From positions 121 through 64,120 of the forward strand of contig DAHXOO010000008.1 of NCBI GenBank assembly GCA_027364845.1: a DNA stretch of 64,000 nucleotides, given 5' to 3'. Each line of letters begins with the position of its first letter. The first letter of the stretch is position 1. The notes below the pieces were generated by a model, which was given only the letters and a program-made list of their open reading frames with translations, had not been told where the DNA came from and searched no databases. Both the position numbers and the translations under genes were made by a program. This document shows positions 1 to 8,531 of this stretch, in pieces. Source of the DNA: Pseudomonadota bacterium (GTDB lineage Bacteria; Pseudomonadota; Gammaproteobacteria; Acidiferrobacterales; UBA6901).

Positions 1-1
1 C

Positions 2-721
2 GTTGAAATCGGCCCCGGGAAGGGGGCACTTACATACGCGTTGTTGGAGCGCACCGGGACCTTGCATGCGGTCGAGCTCGACCGCGATCTGGTTTCATAT
101 CTGCAGGAGGCATTTCCGCAGCGACTGGACGTCCATCAGGCTGACGCCCTGAGGTTCGATTTCTGCCAGCTGGCTCAGGCCGGAAAGCGGCTACGGCTCA
201 TCGGCAATTTGCCGTATAACATTTCCACGCCCCTGCTTTTTCATCTGCTGGACACCTGCCCCTGCATACAGGACATGCTATTCATGCTGCAGAAGGAGGT
301 CGTGGATCGCATGGCCGCGGAACCAGGAAGCGGCGACTATGGACGTTTGAGCGTGATGGTTCAATGGCGCTGCCGTGTCGAGCGCTTGTTCCACGTGCCG
401 GCCGACGCATTCTCGCCCCCTCCACGGGTGGAATCGGCGGTGGTTCGACTGACGCCATACGAACAGACCCCGGTGGCAGTAGACGATCCCGGGCGCTTTC
501 GGCAAATCGTGCTCGCGGCCTTCGCCCAGCGCCGCAAGGTTCTGCGCAATAGCGTAGGCAGTCTGGTGTCGCCGGAGCTGATCGAGCAGGCGGGAATCGA
601 CCCTGCCCGACGCGCAGAAACGCTGAGCCTCGCGGAGTTTGCGGCGCTCGCAAACATGGTGGCCCGCGCTGGTGCCGGGCATTCCACGGACACGAATGGA
701 CAGCCCCAAGACCGCGGCTAA
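2..721 (+). CDS. rsmA: 16S rRNA (adenine-N6,N6)-dimethyltransferase RsmA/KsgA, 5' end cut by window edge
   Basis: Frame from nt 2 reads VEIGPGKGALT (SAM-binding motif) and runs into ORF 41..721, which carries NLPYNISTP. Stop is at 719-721. Confidence 0.9.
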   Translation, partial: VEIGPGKGALTYALLERTGTLHAVELDRDLVSYLQEAFPQRLDVHQADALRFDFCQLAQAGKRLRLIGNLPYNISTPLLFHLLDTCPCIQDMLFMLQKEVVDRMAAEPGSGDYGRLSVMVQWRCRVERLFHVPADAFSPPPRVESAVVRLTPYEQTPVAVDDPGRFRQIVLAAFAQRRKVLRNSVGSLVSPELIEQAGIDPARRAETLSLAEFAALANMVARAGAGHSTDTNGQPQDRG

Positions 722-1482
722 GCGACTTCGCCCTGATTGGGACCGCCGTCAGCCACGCCAGGGTGCTGTTCCAGATTGGCCATGGCTTGCCGCATCCACT
801 GTTCCGCGATGTCCCGAATCTGCGTTGCGGACTTGCCCTGACTATCGATGACCGGCCCGATGACAACCTGGATCGTGCCAGGCCGCTTGATGAACCCGTG
901 CCGCGGCCAGAACGAGCCCGCATTGTGCGCCACGGGCACCACGGGATAACCTGTCTCGGCTGCAAGTACGGAGCCCCCGATCGCGTGTCGCTTGTTCTGC
1001 CCCGGTCCCAAACGTGTCCCCTCCGGGAACACCACGACCCAGCGACCGCTTTTCAGACGGTTGCGGCCCTGTTTGACGATTTGTTCGAGTGCGCGCGCGC
1101 CACCACCCCGGTCAATGGCGATCGGCTGCATCAGCGCGAGCCCCCAGCCAAAAAAAGGAATCAGCAGCAGCTCGCGTTTGAGTACCCAGACCTGGGGCGG
1201 AAAAATGGCCTGAAAGGCCAGGGTTTCCCACGAAGACTGGTGTTTTGCCAGGATTATAGCCGGGCTGCCCGGGAGGTTCTCCTTCCCTTCGACCCGATAG
1301 GTCAGATTGCACACAACCTTCAGCAGCCAAATCTGCAGTCGCGCCCAGAGGCTTATGAGTCGGTACCGTGTGAGCCCCGAAAAAGGAACTGTGAACAAGC
1401 TGAAAAAGGAAAAGACAACGACTGTGGTGAACATGAGGATATTGAACAGCAGCGAGCGCAGCGCGCGCATGTCAGCGCTCAA
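718..1482 (-). CDS. plsC: 1-acyl-sn-glycerol-3-phosphate acyltransferase
   Basis: 254 aa with an N-terminal TM segment and the acyltransferase motifs HQSSWET (HX4D-type block) and FPEGTR. Stop codons are convergent and overlap with rsmA. Confidence 0.85.
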   Translation of the reverse strand: MSADMRALRSLLFNILMFTTVVVFSFFSLFTVPFSGLTRYRLISLWARLQIWLLKVVCNLTYRVEGKENLPGSPAIILAKHQSSWETLAFQAIFPPQVWVLKRELLLIPFFGWGLALMQPIAIDRGGGARALEQIVKQGRNRLKSGRWVVVFPEGTRLGPGQNKRHAIGGSVLAAETGYPVVPVAHNAGSFWPRHGFIKRPGTIQVVIGPVIDSQGKSATQIRDIAEQWMRQAMANLEQHPGVADGGPNQGEVA

Positions 1483-1999
1483 CCCGCCCCGAGATCAGGG
1501 CATCGACGAAGTCCCCGAGACTGTCGAAATCCACCTCCTGACCGGGCGCCAGCACACCGGAACCACCCAGCAACACCGCTTGCGCGCCGGCCGCCCTCGC
1601 CGCTGCCGCTTCGTCCACGGTTGCGCACGCCGCATAGGCCGACGACAGATTGATCTTGAGCCGTTCGGCGATCTCCTCATACAAGCCAGGTGACGGCGGC
1701 CGGCAGTGGCAACCCGCATCCGCGGCGTGGGGGCAAACAAAAACCGCATCGACTTGTCCGCCCTTGTTGCGGATCGACTCCAGCATGCGCACATGGATGC
1801 GGTTGAGGGTCTCCATCCGCGGAGCGCCGCCCGCCACCCCCGGCTGTACGGTCGTTACCAACGCCCGGTAACCTTCACGTTGCAGGCGCGCCAGTGCCTC
1901 CAGGCTGCCCGGCAACGGCACCCAGTCATCCGGCTGCCGAACACCGTTGACCGGAACCCTGTTGATGACACCATCGCGGCTGAGGATAACGAATTTCAT
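1472..1999 (-). CDS. GmhB-like HAD-superfamily protein (D,D-heptose 1,7-bisphosphate phosphatase homologue) with substituted catalytic motifs
   Basis: 175 aa. The GmhB-type Zn motif CPHx5CxC is present and the protein is colinear with GmhB overall, but motif I reads LSRDGVIN instead of LDRDGxIN. Overlaps plsC by 11 nt. Confidence 0.7.
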   Translation of the reverse strand: MKFVILSRDGVINRVPVNGVRQPDDWVPLPGSLEALARLQREGYRALVTTVQPGVAGGAPRMETLNRIHVRMLESIRNKGGQVDAVFVCPHAADAGCHCRPPSPGLYEEIAERLKINLSSAYAACATVDEAAAARAAGAQAVLLGGSGVLAPGQEVDFDSLGDFVDALISGRVER

Positions 2000-2230
2000 T
2001 CGATCACACCCCGGCCGGTGTGACCACGCGGCCGCACACTACCGGGGCACCAAGTGCGGGTTCTACCCCGAGATTTACTGACAAGATCACCACTGGCATC
2101 GCGAGAAAGCTGCTGCGGCATCTACCCAGAGCGAAGCGGGACCGGGACAGACACGGCCACTTCTGCTTGATGTATGGGCGCCGCTCTTCCGCATCATTGC
2201 GCTATCCTTGTGGGAAGATAGATCCGTCAC

Positions 2231-2560
2231 CTAGTCACGGAATTCCGAAACACGGACACGACCGTTGATCATTCGGCCCTGGCGTGACTCAAGCTTGTCC
2301 ATTTTTTCCCAGAAAGCCTTGCGCAGGTCGAATCCGGCGCTGATCGCCGTGCCCAAAACCAGAATGAACAGGTCCGCCACCTCCTCTGCGAGAGCCTCGG
2401 TACTCTTGCCCTTGGTGACGCACGCGGAAACTTCACCCAGCTCTTCTGCCATAAGCGCAACGCGGTAAACGAGCTCCTCGCCACCGCTGTCGCGAAACTT
2501 GTGCTTGTCGTGGAAAGACTGGACCGCCGCAAGCATATCCTGATACGAATCCGGATTCAT
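2231..2560 (-). CDS. small MazG-like nucleoside triphosphate pyrophosphohydrolase domain protein
   Basis: 109 aa, all-helical, with EELGEV and AEEVADLFILVLG (EExxE/D metal-binding blocks typical of the MazG/all-alpha NTP-PPase fold). Confidence 0.7.
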   Translation of the reverse strand: MNPDSYQDMLAAVQSFHDKHKFRDSGGEELVYRVALMAEELGEVSACVTKGKSTEALAEEVADLFILVLGTAISAGFDLRKAFWEKMDKLESRQGRMINGRVRVSEFRD

Positions 2561-2597
2561 CGCATTTCACCTTACCTTTTGTTCAGCCTCATCCACG

Positions 2598-4817
2598 TTA
2601 TCGGGCCTGCAGCTTCGAAATATCCGCAGCGCCGAGAAACAGGCCGCTAAGTTCGCTCAGTAGCGCGAGGCGATTGTCACGGATACGTACGTCTTCGACC
2701 ATGACCATTACCTGATCGAAGAATTCGTCGACTGCGGTACGCAGCCCCGCCAATCGTTTGAGTGCCGCAGCGAAGTCACCGCGCCCGATCAGATCTTCAA
2801 CTTGCGATCGAAGCGACGCGATCTGTTGCGCCAGTCTCTGTTCCGCGTTTTCAGTCAGCAGCGCCACATCGGCGTGGCCAATGGGGCCGGTACCAGCCTG
2901 GCGGAGGATGTTGCGGATACGCTTGTTTGCGCTCGCCAAAGCCTCAGCCTCTGGCAGACACCGAAAGGCCTGCAAGGCTTCGAGGCGCGGAATCACTTGG
3001 TCGAAACGCGTCGGTCCAAGACTAAGAACGGCGTCGATCTCGTCCGGAAGGAACCCCTTGTCGCGCAGATACGGTTTGAGTCGCTCGAGCAGAAAGCCGT
3101 AGAGATCCTGCACCACGCCTTCGGAAAGGATATCAGGGTCGAAATAGCCACGCGCGAGCGCAAGCAGTTCTCCCAGATCGAGCGCGAGCGAACGCTCCGC
3201 CAGAATGCGCACGACGCCCAGCGCCTGCCGCCGCAAGCCGAATGGGTCTTTGTCGCCGGTAGGGACGAGCCCCACACCGTAGATACCGATCAGGGTGTCG
3301 AGTTTATCCGCCAGCGCCAGACACACCCCGGCCAGCGTGGGCGGCAAACGGTCTCCCGAGAAGCGCGGTGAATAGTGCCCGCGGATCGCCCATTCGACGC
3401 TGCTTGGCTCGCCGTCATGCCGGGCGTAATCGGCGCCCATATAACCCTGTAATTCAGGAAACTCCCCGACCATTTCGGTCAACAGGTCGGCCTTGCACAG
3501 ATGAGCCGCACGTTCGACGTCACGCCTGTCTGCGTCCGACATTCCCATGCGTCCGGCAATCTCGCCTGCCAGCTTTTCGAGGCGGCGTACGCGCTCGATC
3601 TGGCTGCCAAGCTTGTTTTGATACACCACATTGGCGAGCTTTGGCACACGGTCTTCGAGTCTGGTCTTCCTATCCTGCTCGTAGAAGAACCTGGCGTCGC
3701 TCAGACGGGCCCGCAGCACCCGCTCATTACCTTGGATGATGTGCTTCGGCGTACGCGTCTCCATGTTACTCACCACTAGGAACCGCGGCAGCATTCCGCC
3801 AGCCGCCTGTCCATGGACCAGCGGAAAATATCTCTGGTGGTGTTGCATGCTCAACGCAAGGCAGGGAATGGGGACGTTCAGGAAATCCGGATCGAACTGG
3901 CCTGCATATACGGCGGGCCACTCTACCAGAGCGGCGACCTCATCAAGCAGCACGGCATTATTTCGAATGACCTCCTCTGCCGCAAATCCCCACTCCTCGC
4001 CCGGAAATTGCACCATCTTTCCGTCCGCACCCAGCACCAGGGCACCTTTTCTCACTTTTCCGGCCACTGCGCGCAGCTTGTGCTCGATCTCGCTGCGGCG
4101 TTCCGCGAAGCTGGCGAGAACGCGGCCACTGCGACGCAACGTATCAGCATAGCGTCCGGCGTGCAGAATAGTCAGCTTGCCGCGGCTCAGGAAACGATGT
4201 CCGACGGTCACGTTTCCGCTCCGTAATCCGAAGACCTCGCCCGCGACGACGCGCGCGCCATGCATCATCACAAGGCCATGCACCGGCCGTACGAATTGGA
4301 CCTCACCACTGCCCCAGCGCATGAGCCTGGCAACCGGCAGTTTTCCAAGGCCCGCTTCGACGATGGCACCCAAATGCCGTGCCAACGGTTCACCTTTCTG
4401 TTTCGAGCGATACACGAAGTATTCGCCTTTTTCGCCGCTGTGCCGTTCAAGGCTGTCGGGATCGACGCCGCACGACTTGGCAAACCCGCTGAGTGCTGGC
4501 GTAGGTTTTCCCGCCGAGTCGTAGCCAGCACCGACCGGGGGGCCACGGCGCTCGACGACACGATCCGGTTGCCGCCCGAGCACGCCGGTCGCAAGCACTG
4601 CCAGGCGCCGCGGGGTTGCAAAAACCTTATGCGTGCTGTCAGCCTGCAGAAGGGCATAATGCCCGAGACCGTCCATCACGGCGGCCGCAAACGCCTCCGC
4701 AAGCCGCTGGAGGGATTTTGGGGGAAGCTCCTCGGTGAGGAGCTCGACGAGCAGGGTATCGCTGGTCTGCCTCACGGGGGTGTGCCGTCCCTTCGCCTTC
4801 GCAGATCTTCGGACCAT
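2598..4817 (-). CDS. glyS: glycine--tRNA ligase beta subunit
   Basis: 739 aa with TLLVELLTEELPPK near the N-terminus. Lies directly downstream of glyQ (TAA-TCC-ATG junction). An alternative GTG start at 4775 is possible. Confidence 0.95.
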   Translation of the reverse strand: MVRRSAKAKGRHTPVRQTSDTLLVELLTEELPPKSLQRLAEAFAAAVMDGLGHYALLQADSTHKVFATPRRLAVLATGVLGRQPDRVVERRGPPVGAGYDSAGKPTPALSGFAKSCGVDPDSLERHSGEKGEYFVYRSKQKGEPLARHLGAIVEAGLGKLPVARLMRWGSGEVQFVRPVHGLVMMHGARVVAGEVFGLRSGNVTVGHRFLSRGKLTILHAGRYADTLRRSGRVLASFAERRSEIEHKLRAVAGKVRKGALVLGADGKMVQFPGEEWGFAAEEVIRNNAVLLDEVAALVEWPAVYAGQFDPDFLNVPIPCLALSMQHHQRYFPLVHGQAAGGMLPRFLVVSNMETRTPKHIIQGNERVLRARLSDARFFYEQDRKTRLEDRVPKLANVVYQNKLGSQIERVRRLEKLAGEIAGRMGMSDADRRDVERAAHLCKADLLTEMVGEFPELQGYMGADYARHDGEPSSVEWAIRGHYSPRFSGDRLPPTLAGVCLALADKLDTLIGIYGVGLVPTGDKDPFGLRRQALGVVRILAERSLALDLGELLALARGYFDPDILSEGVVQDLYGFLLERLKPYLRDKGFLPDEIDAVLSLGPTRFDQVIPRLEALQAFRCLPEAEALASANKRIRNILRQAGTGPIGHADVALLTENAEQRLAQQIASLRSQVEDLIGRGDFAAALKRLAGLRTAVDEFFDQVMVMVEDVRIRDNRLALLSELSGLFLGAADISKLQAR

Positions 4818-4820
4818 GGA

Positions 4821-5774
4821 TTATTTCTGCCGTGCCTGCTTCAACAGTGGAAAACCGAGCGCCTGGCGCGAATTGAAATAGCTCTGAGCTACAAGACGCG
4901 CCAGCGCACGCACGCGCCCGATATAAGTCGCACGCTCGGTCGTGGAAATGGCGCCGCGCGCGTCCAAAAGGTTGAAAGTATGTGAGCATCGTATGACCAT
5001 CTCGAACCCGGGCAACGGAAGCTTCTCCACCATCAGGCGCTTGGCCTCGGCCTCGTAGTCATTGAACTGCTGAAACAGCCAATTGACGTTGCTGTGCTCG
5101 AAGTTGTAGCGTGACTGCTCGACCTCGTTCTGGTGGTACACGTCACCATAGCTGACACCGTCTGTCCATTCGATGTCATAGACACTGTCGACACCCTGGA
5201 GGTACATCGCAAGGCGCTCCAGGCCGTAGGTGATCTCACCGAGCACCGGCTTGCATGGCAGGCTACCAACCTCCTGGAAATAGGTGAACTGCGTCACCTC
5301 CATGCCGTCCAGCCACACCTCCCAGCCCAGGCCCCAGGCGCCCAGCGTGGGCGACTCCCAGTCATCTTCCACAAACCGGATATCATGCAGCTGGGTATCA
5401 ATACCGAGTTTCCTCAGCGACCCCAGATACAGATCCTGGATATCATCTGGGGATGGCTTAAGTACCACCTGGAACTGATAGTAGTGCTGCAGCCGATTTG
5501 GATTGTCACCATAGCGGCCATCCTTCGGACGCCGTGACGGCTGAACATATCCGGCCCGCCATGGCTCCGGTCCCAATGCCCGCAAAAATGTCGCGGTATG
5601 GAACGTTCCGGCCCCCATCTCCATGTCGTAGGGCTGGAGAATGACGCAACCTTGATCGGCCCAGTAACGTTGCAGGGCAAGTATGAGATCCTGAAAGTTC
5701 AGAATTTGGCCTTTGCTGATTGTATTAACAGCTTGAACAGCAGGATTATAACCTGTCGGCAGCTGCGGGTGCAT
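4821..5774 (-). CDS. glyQ: glycine--tRNA ligase alpha subunit
   Basis: 317 aa with [17 protein letters not shown] and class II aaRS alpha-subunit sequence throughout. Confidence 0.95.
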   Translation of the reverse strand: MHPQLPTGYNPAVQAVNTISKGQILNFQDLILALQRYWADQGCVILQPYDMEMGAGTFHTATFLRALGPEPWRAGYVQPSRRPKDGRYGDNPNRLQHYYQFQVVLKPSPDDIQDLYLGSLRKLGIDTQLHDIRFVEDDWESPTLGAWGLGWEVWLDGMEVTQFTYFQEVGSLPCKPVLGEITYGLERLAMYLQGVDSVYDIEWTDGVSYGDVYHQNEVEQSRYNFEHSNVNWLFQQFNDYEAEAKRLMVEKLPLPGFEMVIRCSHTFNLLDARGAISTTERATYIGRVRALARLVAQSYFNSRQALGFPLLKQARQK

Positions 5775-5795
5775 GGATGTGCGGATCGCATGGGC

Positions 5796-6632
5796 CTAAA
5801 TCGTGCGTGAAGTCCTGGCAGGCAGATCTTCGGCCGGGACGGGAGTTGCGGGCTTGGTCAAATGCTCCGCCTTCATCCCCGGGGCCTGGATTTCCTGTGG
5901 ACCCCGATATAGGCGCACCAGCTCGCTGAATATCTTCCGGGAGTGATGCAGAAAGAACGCACCACGGCGCGCCGGGTTGTTCCGGACTGGGCTTGGCAAT
6001 GACGCCGCGAGCTCGGCGGCCTGCGCCAAAGAAAGCTGTGATACCGGTATTCCCCAATAGGCTTGGGACGCGGCCTCGACCCCGTATATGCCACGCCCGA
6101 ATTCGGCCGTGTTGAGATAGATTTCCAGTATCCGGTGCTTTGCCAAATGATGCACCAGTCCCCAAGTAAGCAGCACTTCATTCCCTTTGCGCAGCAATGT
6201 GCGTGACGGTGTCAGAAACAGGTTCTTCGCGGTCTGCTGCGAAATCGTGCTGGCGCCATAGACGATGCGTCCCTTCTGGAGATTGTATTCGAACGCATCG
6301 CGGATGGCGGCAAAATCAAGTCCGTCATCCTCATAATAAAAACGGCTATCCTCAGCGACAATGACCGCACGCTGCAGGTATGCGGGGATCTCCCACAAAG
6401 GTACCGGGTCCCAGCGCAAGCGCGGCCAGTGGTTCGTTGCCCGCACCGACAGATAGTGCCGGATAAAGCGCGTTTCGGGGACTGGACCATGGCCCAGTCG
6501 CTGCCAGTTTGGCCAGAGGCTGGCCAGATAAATCAGATCGGCGGCCACAAATAGCAGGAGGATACGCAATGTCCAATGGAATGCGCGCACCAGCCACGTC
6601 AACCCGCGTTTTGTTCGTCTTGCGCTAGCCAT
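5796..6632 (-). CDS. mtgA: monofunctional biosynthetic peptidoglycan transglycosylase
   Basis: 278 aa with an N-terminal TM anchor and GT51 motifs EDSRFYYEDDGLDF and GASTISQQ. Has a roughly 40-aa Pro-rich C-terminal extension. Confidence 0.85.
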   Translation of the reverse strand: MASARRTKRGLTWLVRAFHWTLRILLLFVAADLIYLASLWPNWQRLGHGPVPETRFIRHYLSVRATNHWPRLRWDPVPLWEIPAYLQRAVIVAEDSRFYYEDDGLDFAAIRDAFEYNLQKGRIVYGASTISQQTAKNLFLTPSRTLLRKGNEVLLTWGLVHHLAKHRILEIYLNTAEFGRGIYGVEAASQAYWGIPVSQLSLAQAAELAASLPSPVRNNPARRGAFFLHHSRKIFSELVRLYRGPQEIQAPGMKAEHLTKPATPVPAEDLPARTSRTI

Positions 6633-7221
6633 CTTTGACTTCCGGTTATTGCCGAAAGGCCATTGTTCGGATCATTTCCATGGTGCGTTTGCCTCGCACC
6701 TTCTGGCATCCGGGTCCAGAGTGTAAGTATACCAGTACGTCCCGCCGCGCAGGTTCGAAGGCGCAAATCATCGGGAGCCAGGCGCCCGGCCAGTCCAAAT
6801 CCGGGGTAATTGGAATTTGTATCATTCGGGGTCTGCCCGGGGAACAAGATTGGACAGATACTGCGAATTCGCTTATGGTTCCTGCCCAGGTTTCACTGGG
6901 GTTAGTGAAACCAGACCCGAACTAGAGGGGAGGAACCGGACCCGCAGGTAACCCCGTACCAAGCATCATCCTGACTGCCGAGTCCGATACGGGGCCTTTC
7001 CTGTTCCCATGGCGCGCATTTTGCCCGATACCCGCGCTAAAAACCTAGATTTTCACAGCTGTTCACCGGGAACGTGCGATGCGCCGGCTCGGAAGCCGTA
7101 AATGCCTCGGTCGAGGCTAAATAGTTTAAAATCTTCGGCGATTCGATGAATGACACCGGGCGCCCATGCAGCCGGCATTTCGGGGCCGTGATTTCTTGGC
7201 GCAACCTTAGTTAATAAGTAT

Positions 7222-8289
7222 TTGAGAAATTCCGCAAACACTGCGATGAACCAAGCACGCAAGGCAGTGGCGCTGATATCCGGCGGCCTCGATTCGCTGC
7301 TCGCCGCACGACTGATGCTGGACCAGGGCATCCATGTCGAGGGGATCAATTTCTATACCGGTTTCTGCGTCGAAGGACATACGCACGCGATCCGCGATCG
7401 TCGCCGGGCGAAGCCTAGACGCAACAATGCACTTTGGGCAGCCGAACAGCTCGGCATCAGGCTTCACATGATTGAAGTCGTCGAAGAATACAAAGCAGTA
7501 GTCATCAACCCCAAGCACGGGTACGGAGCAAACCTAAATCCTTGCCTGGACTGCAAGGGATTCATGGTCGGCAAAGCCCACGGCTGGATGGAGACGCACG
7601 GCTTCGATTTCATTATCACGGGCGAGGTAATTGGACAACGCCCTATGTCGCAGCGGCGTGACACCATGCCGGTGGTCGCAAGAGAGTCCGGTGCATTCGA
7701 TCGCCTACTGCGGCCCTTATGCGCCCAGCTTCTGGCCCCGACCTTGCCGGAACGTGAGGGCTGGATTGACCGGAACAAACTGCTTGCGCTGAACGGCCGT
7801 AACCGCAAGCCGCAGATCGCGTTGGCGGAAAGCTACGGATTCCGCGACTATGCGCAGCCGGCCGGTGGCTGCTGTTTTCTGACCGATGCCAACTATTCCA
7901 ATAAGCTGTCGGATCTCTGGGCAACACGCGGTGACAAGCACTATGAACTCGATGACATCATGCTGCTCAAGGTCGGGCGGCATATGCGCCCGCGACCGAA
8001 TTTCAAGCTCATCGTTGGGCGCGAAGAAGGCGAAAACAAATACCTGAGTGGATATCGCAACCGTTTCGTACACATGGCTGCGACAAGCCACCACGGGCCA
8101 TTGGCATTGGTCGAAGGCCAGCCCACAGAGGCGGATATAGAGCTCGCGGCACGTCTCACCGCGCGCTTCGGCCAAGGGCGTCATGCCGATAAGGTGACCG
8201 TAGAAGTGACCGATCCACGCGGCGGATCGAGGCTGCTCGAGGTTGCGCCGCTTCCCAGTAATGAGATCCCATCGAATTGGTATCTTTGA
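7222..8289 (+). CDS. PP-loop ATP pyrophosphatase, ThiI/MnmA-like sulfurtransferase family (no THUMP or rhodanese domain)
   Basis: Carries the SGGLDS PP-loop, a GEVIGQRPMSQ block as in ThiI/MnmA, CLDC (CxxC) and GGCC cysteines. The likely real start is ATG 7246 (MNQARKAVALISGG). Confidence 0.75.
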   Translation: MRNSANTAMNQARKAVALISGGLDSLLAARLMLDQGIHVEGINFYTGFCVEGHTHAIRDRRRAKPRRNNALWAAEQLGIRLHMIEVVEEYKAVVINPKHGYGANLNPCLDCKGFMVGKAHGWMETHGFDFIITGEVIGQRPMSQRRDTMPVVARESGAFDRLLRPLCAQLLAPTLPEREGWIDRNKLLALNGRNRKPQIALAESYGFRDYAQPAGGCCFLTDANYSNKLSDLWATRGDKHYELDDIMLLKVGRHMRPRPNFKLIVGREEGENKYLSGYRNRFVHMAATSHHGPLALVEGQPTEADIELAARLTARFGQGRHADKVTVEVTDPRGGSRLLEVAPLPSNEIPSNWYL

Positions 8290-8531
8290 TGAATCGATAT
8301 CAGCTCGATGCCCGCAATCTGCTATGCCCGATGCCGGTTATCCGCACCCAGAACAGGATGTGTGAGTTGCACGCCGGCGACGTCCTAGAAGTACACTGCA
8401 CCGATCCTGGTGCGCTTCAGGACATTCCCGCTTGGTGTCGGATCAGCGGGCACGATGTACTCGACAGTCGTATCCAGGATGGCGATGTCATCGTGATCAT
8501 CCGGGCCGGTGGGCCGGCAGGACCACAATGA
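8289..8531 (+). CDS. TusA/SirA-family sulfur carrier protein
   Basis: LDARNLLCPMPV (the CPxP active-site motif of TusA), about 80 aa. Its ATG at 8289 overlaps the upstream TGA (TGATG). Confidence 0.8.
   Translation: MNRYQLDARNLLCPMPVIRTQNRMCELHAGDVLEVHCTDPGALQDIPAWCRISGHDVLDSRIQDGDVIVIIRAGGPAGPQ

Noticed and set aside
763-1653. Long ORF (296 aa) antisense to plsC/gmhB. Similar long antisense ORFs occur at 11431-12516, 16950-18245, 35783-36826, 58556-59296 and 58654-59400.
   Set aside because: Each lies opposite a gene with clear family motifs. Their translations are Arg/Pro/Ala/Gly-rich and low-complexity, as expected for shadow ORFs in high-GC DNA. None carries a motif I recognise.
6752-6759. 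GGTTCGAA (tRNA T-loop-like) in the mtgA upstream region, checked as a possible tRNA or tRNA fragment.
   Set aside because: The flanks give only a 4-bp stem with a 10-nt loop. No acceptor, D or anticodon arms can be drawn.
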